In this document: positions 63,033 through 64,000 of the stretch, piece after piece | How the letters are laid out: each line of letters begins with the position of its first letter | How positions within the stretch are numbered: the first letter of the stretch is position 1 | DNA from: an uncultured Verrucomicrobiae bacterium | Lineage (GTDB): Bacteria; Verrucomicrobiota; Verrucomicrobiia; Chthoniobacterales; Terrimicrobiaceae | Direction: 5' to 3' | NCBI GenBank assembly: GCA_963706955.1 | Contig: CAVPOC010000003.1 | Span: 32,001 to 96,000 of the forward strand | DNA: 64,000 nucleotides | Made by a program: the position numbers and the translations under genes | Notes under the pieces: generated by a model | Databases searched by the model: none | What the model saw: the letters and a program-made list of their open reading frames with translations, nothing else | What the model was told of the DNA's origin: nothing

Positions 63033-64000
63033 TCAAATCACAAAGTCTTTGTACTCTGGTTTGGCCACCTCCGTAGGTGGAAAGAGCATTCCCGCAGCAA
63101 CCGTAGCGTTTGTCCCTTGCTCGATAAGGATGAATGATCCGGTAAGCCGGTTCGTCGCATAAGCATCGAACACGATCGGTCTGGACGTGCGTAAACGAAT
63201 TTCTCCGATGTCGTTCATGGCCAACTCAGGCGTCTCAGGCTCCGGCTCCAGTGTGGAGACGTTGATGCGATGCTCGATTGTGGTCACCACGGCTTGCACC
63301 GTTTGCGTCGTGTGCTTGAGGAAGTACTTCCTGCCGCGCTGCAGCGGGCGCGGATGCATCCAGCAGATCTTGGCGTGCAGATCGGAGCTGGCGCCCGGCA
63401 GATCATGCGGATCCACAAAGACGTCCCCGCGGCCGACATCGATATCGTGCTCGAGCACCAGGGTGATCGACTGTGGACTGAATGCTTCCGGTAGGGTGCC
63501 ATCCAGGGTCCAGATCTCCTTTACGGTGCTGGTAAAGCCACTTGGCAACACCATGACCTGCTGGCCAACTCGGACGATCCCGCCCGCGATCTGCCCGCTG
63601 AAGCCCCGAAAATCATGCAGCCCCGTATCTCGCGGATTGTTCGGGCGATTGACCCATTGGACTGGGAGCCGGAAATCACTCAAATTCCAGTCGCTGCCAA
63701 TGTGAACTCCCTCCAGGTGGCCGAGCAAGGTTGGTCCCGGGTACCACGGCATCTGCATTGATGAATGCACGACATTGTCACCGTGGAGAGCACTGACAGG
63801 AATGAACTTGACGTCTTTCATGTCAAGGCGCGGCAGGAATTCCTCAAATTGATTGCGGATTTCGATGAAACGCTCTTCGCTCCAGTCAACAAGATCCATC
63901 TTGTTCACTGCCACGACGAGGTGAGGAATGCGGAGCAATGAAGCAATGCAGGCGTGGCGTCGGCTTTGTTCGATCACCCCCAGACGCGCGTCAACCAGGA
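63033..64000 (-). CDS. cysN: Sulfate adenylyltransferase subunit 1, 5' end beyond the window edge
   Basis: EQSRRH, VAVNKMDL, VSALHGDNV, FRLPVQWVNRP, TGSFILI, TVAAGM. Confidence 0.93.
   Translation of the reverse strand, partial: LVDARLGVIEQSRRHACIASLLRIPHLVVAVNKMDLVDWSEERFIEIRNQFEEFLPRLDMKDVKFIPVSALHGDNVVHSSMQMPWYPGPTLLGHLEGVHIGSDWNLSDFRLPVQWVNRPNNPRDTGLHDFRGFSGQIAGGIVRVGQQVMVLPSGFTSTVKEIWTLDGTLPEAFSPQSITLVLEHDIDVGRGDVFVDPHDLPGASSDLHAKICWMHPRPLQRGRKYFLKHTTQTVQAVVTTIEHRINVSTLEPEPETPELAMNDIGEIRLRTSRPIVFDAYATNRLTGSFILIEQGTNATVAAGMLFPPTEVAKPEYKDFVI

Overview
This is a GC-rich bacterial chromosomal window. The RpoB/RpoC, ribosomal-protein and OprB porin sequences suggest Verrucomicrobiota, probably Spartobacteria/Chthoniobacterales-like (inference). 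Left to right it holds: a Mn/Zn/Fe ABC operon whose permease is fused to a DtxR domain, with a divergent mntR; a cnrYXH-like ECF sigma module; NYN nuclease, sufE and a sulfurtransferase; a rearranged core cluster (rplK, antisense RRM gene, rplA-rplJ-rplL-rpoB-rpoC-rpsB-tsf); lptF/G, a TraB-like protein and an MFS transporter; a putative operon of transporter-thioesterase fusion, GH75 lipoprotein, IMPase, DUF374 and folD; an orphan double-glycine-leader peptide; two divergent GT-C glycosyltransferases; shikimate dehydrogenase, pfkB kinase and an aldolase-like gene; a CHAD-ParA pair; Fe-S and iron genes (hscB-like, iscA, AraC with a Fur-like box, hemS-like, ferritin, sufT); a phosphorylase kinase alpha/beta homologue; xylB, ubiX, oprB, fic, chrA, phoA, cysK and cysN. 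About 14 genes, including essential rpoC and rplA, carry short-indel frameshifts that are most likely long-read assembly errors. Two REP-like palindrome families occur. I saw no rRNA, tRNA, CRISPR array or transposase. All calls come from motif recognition by eye; no database searches were run.
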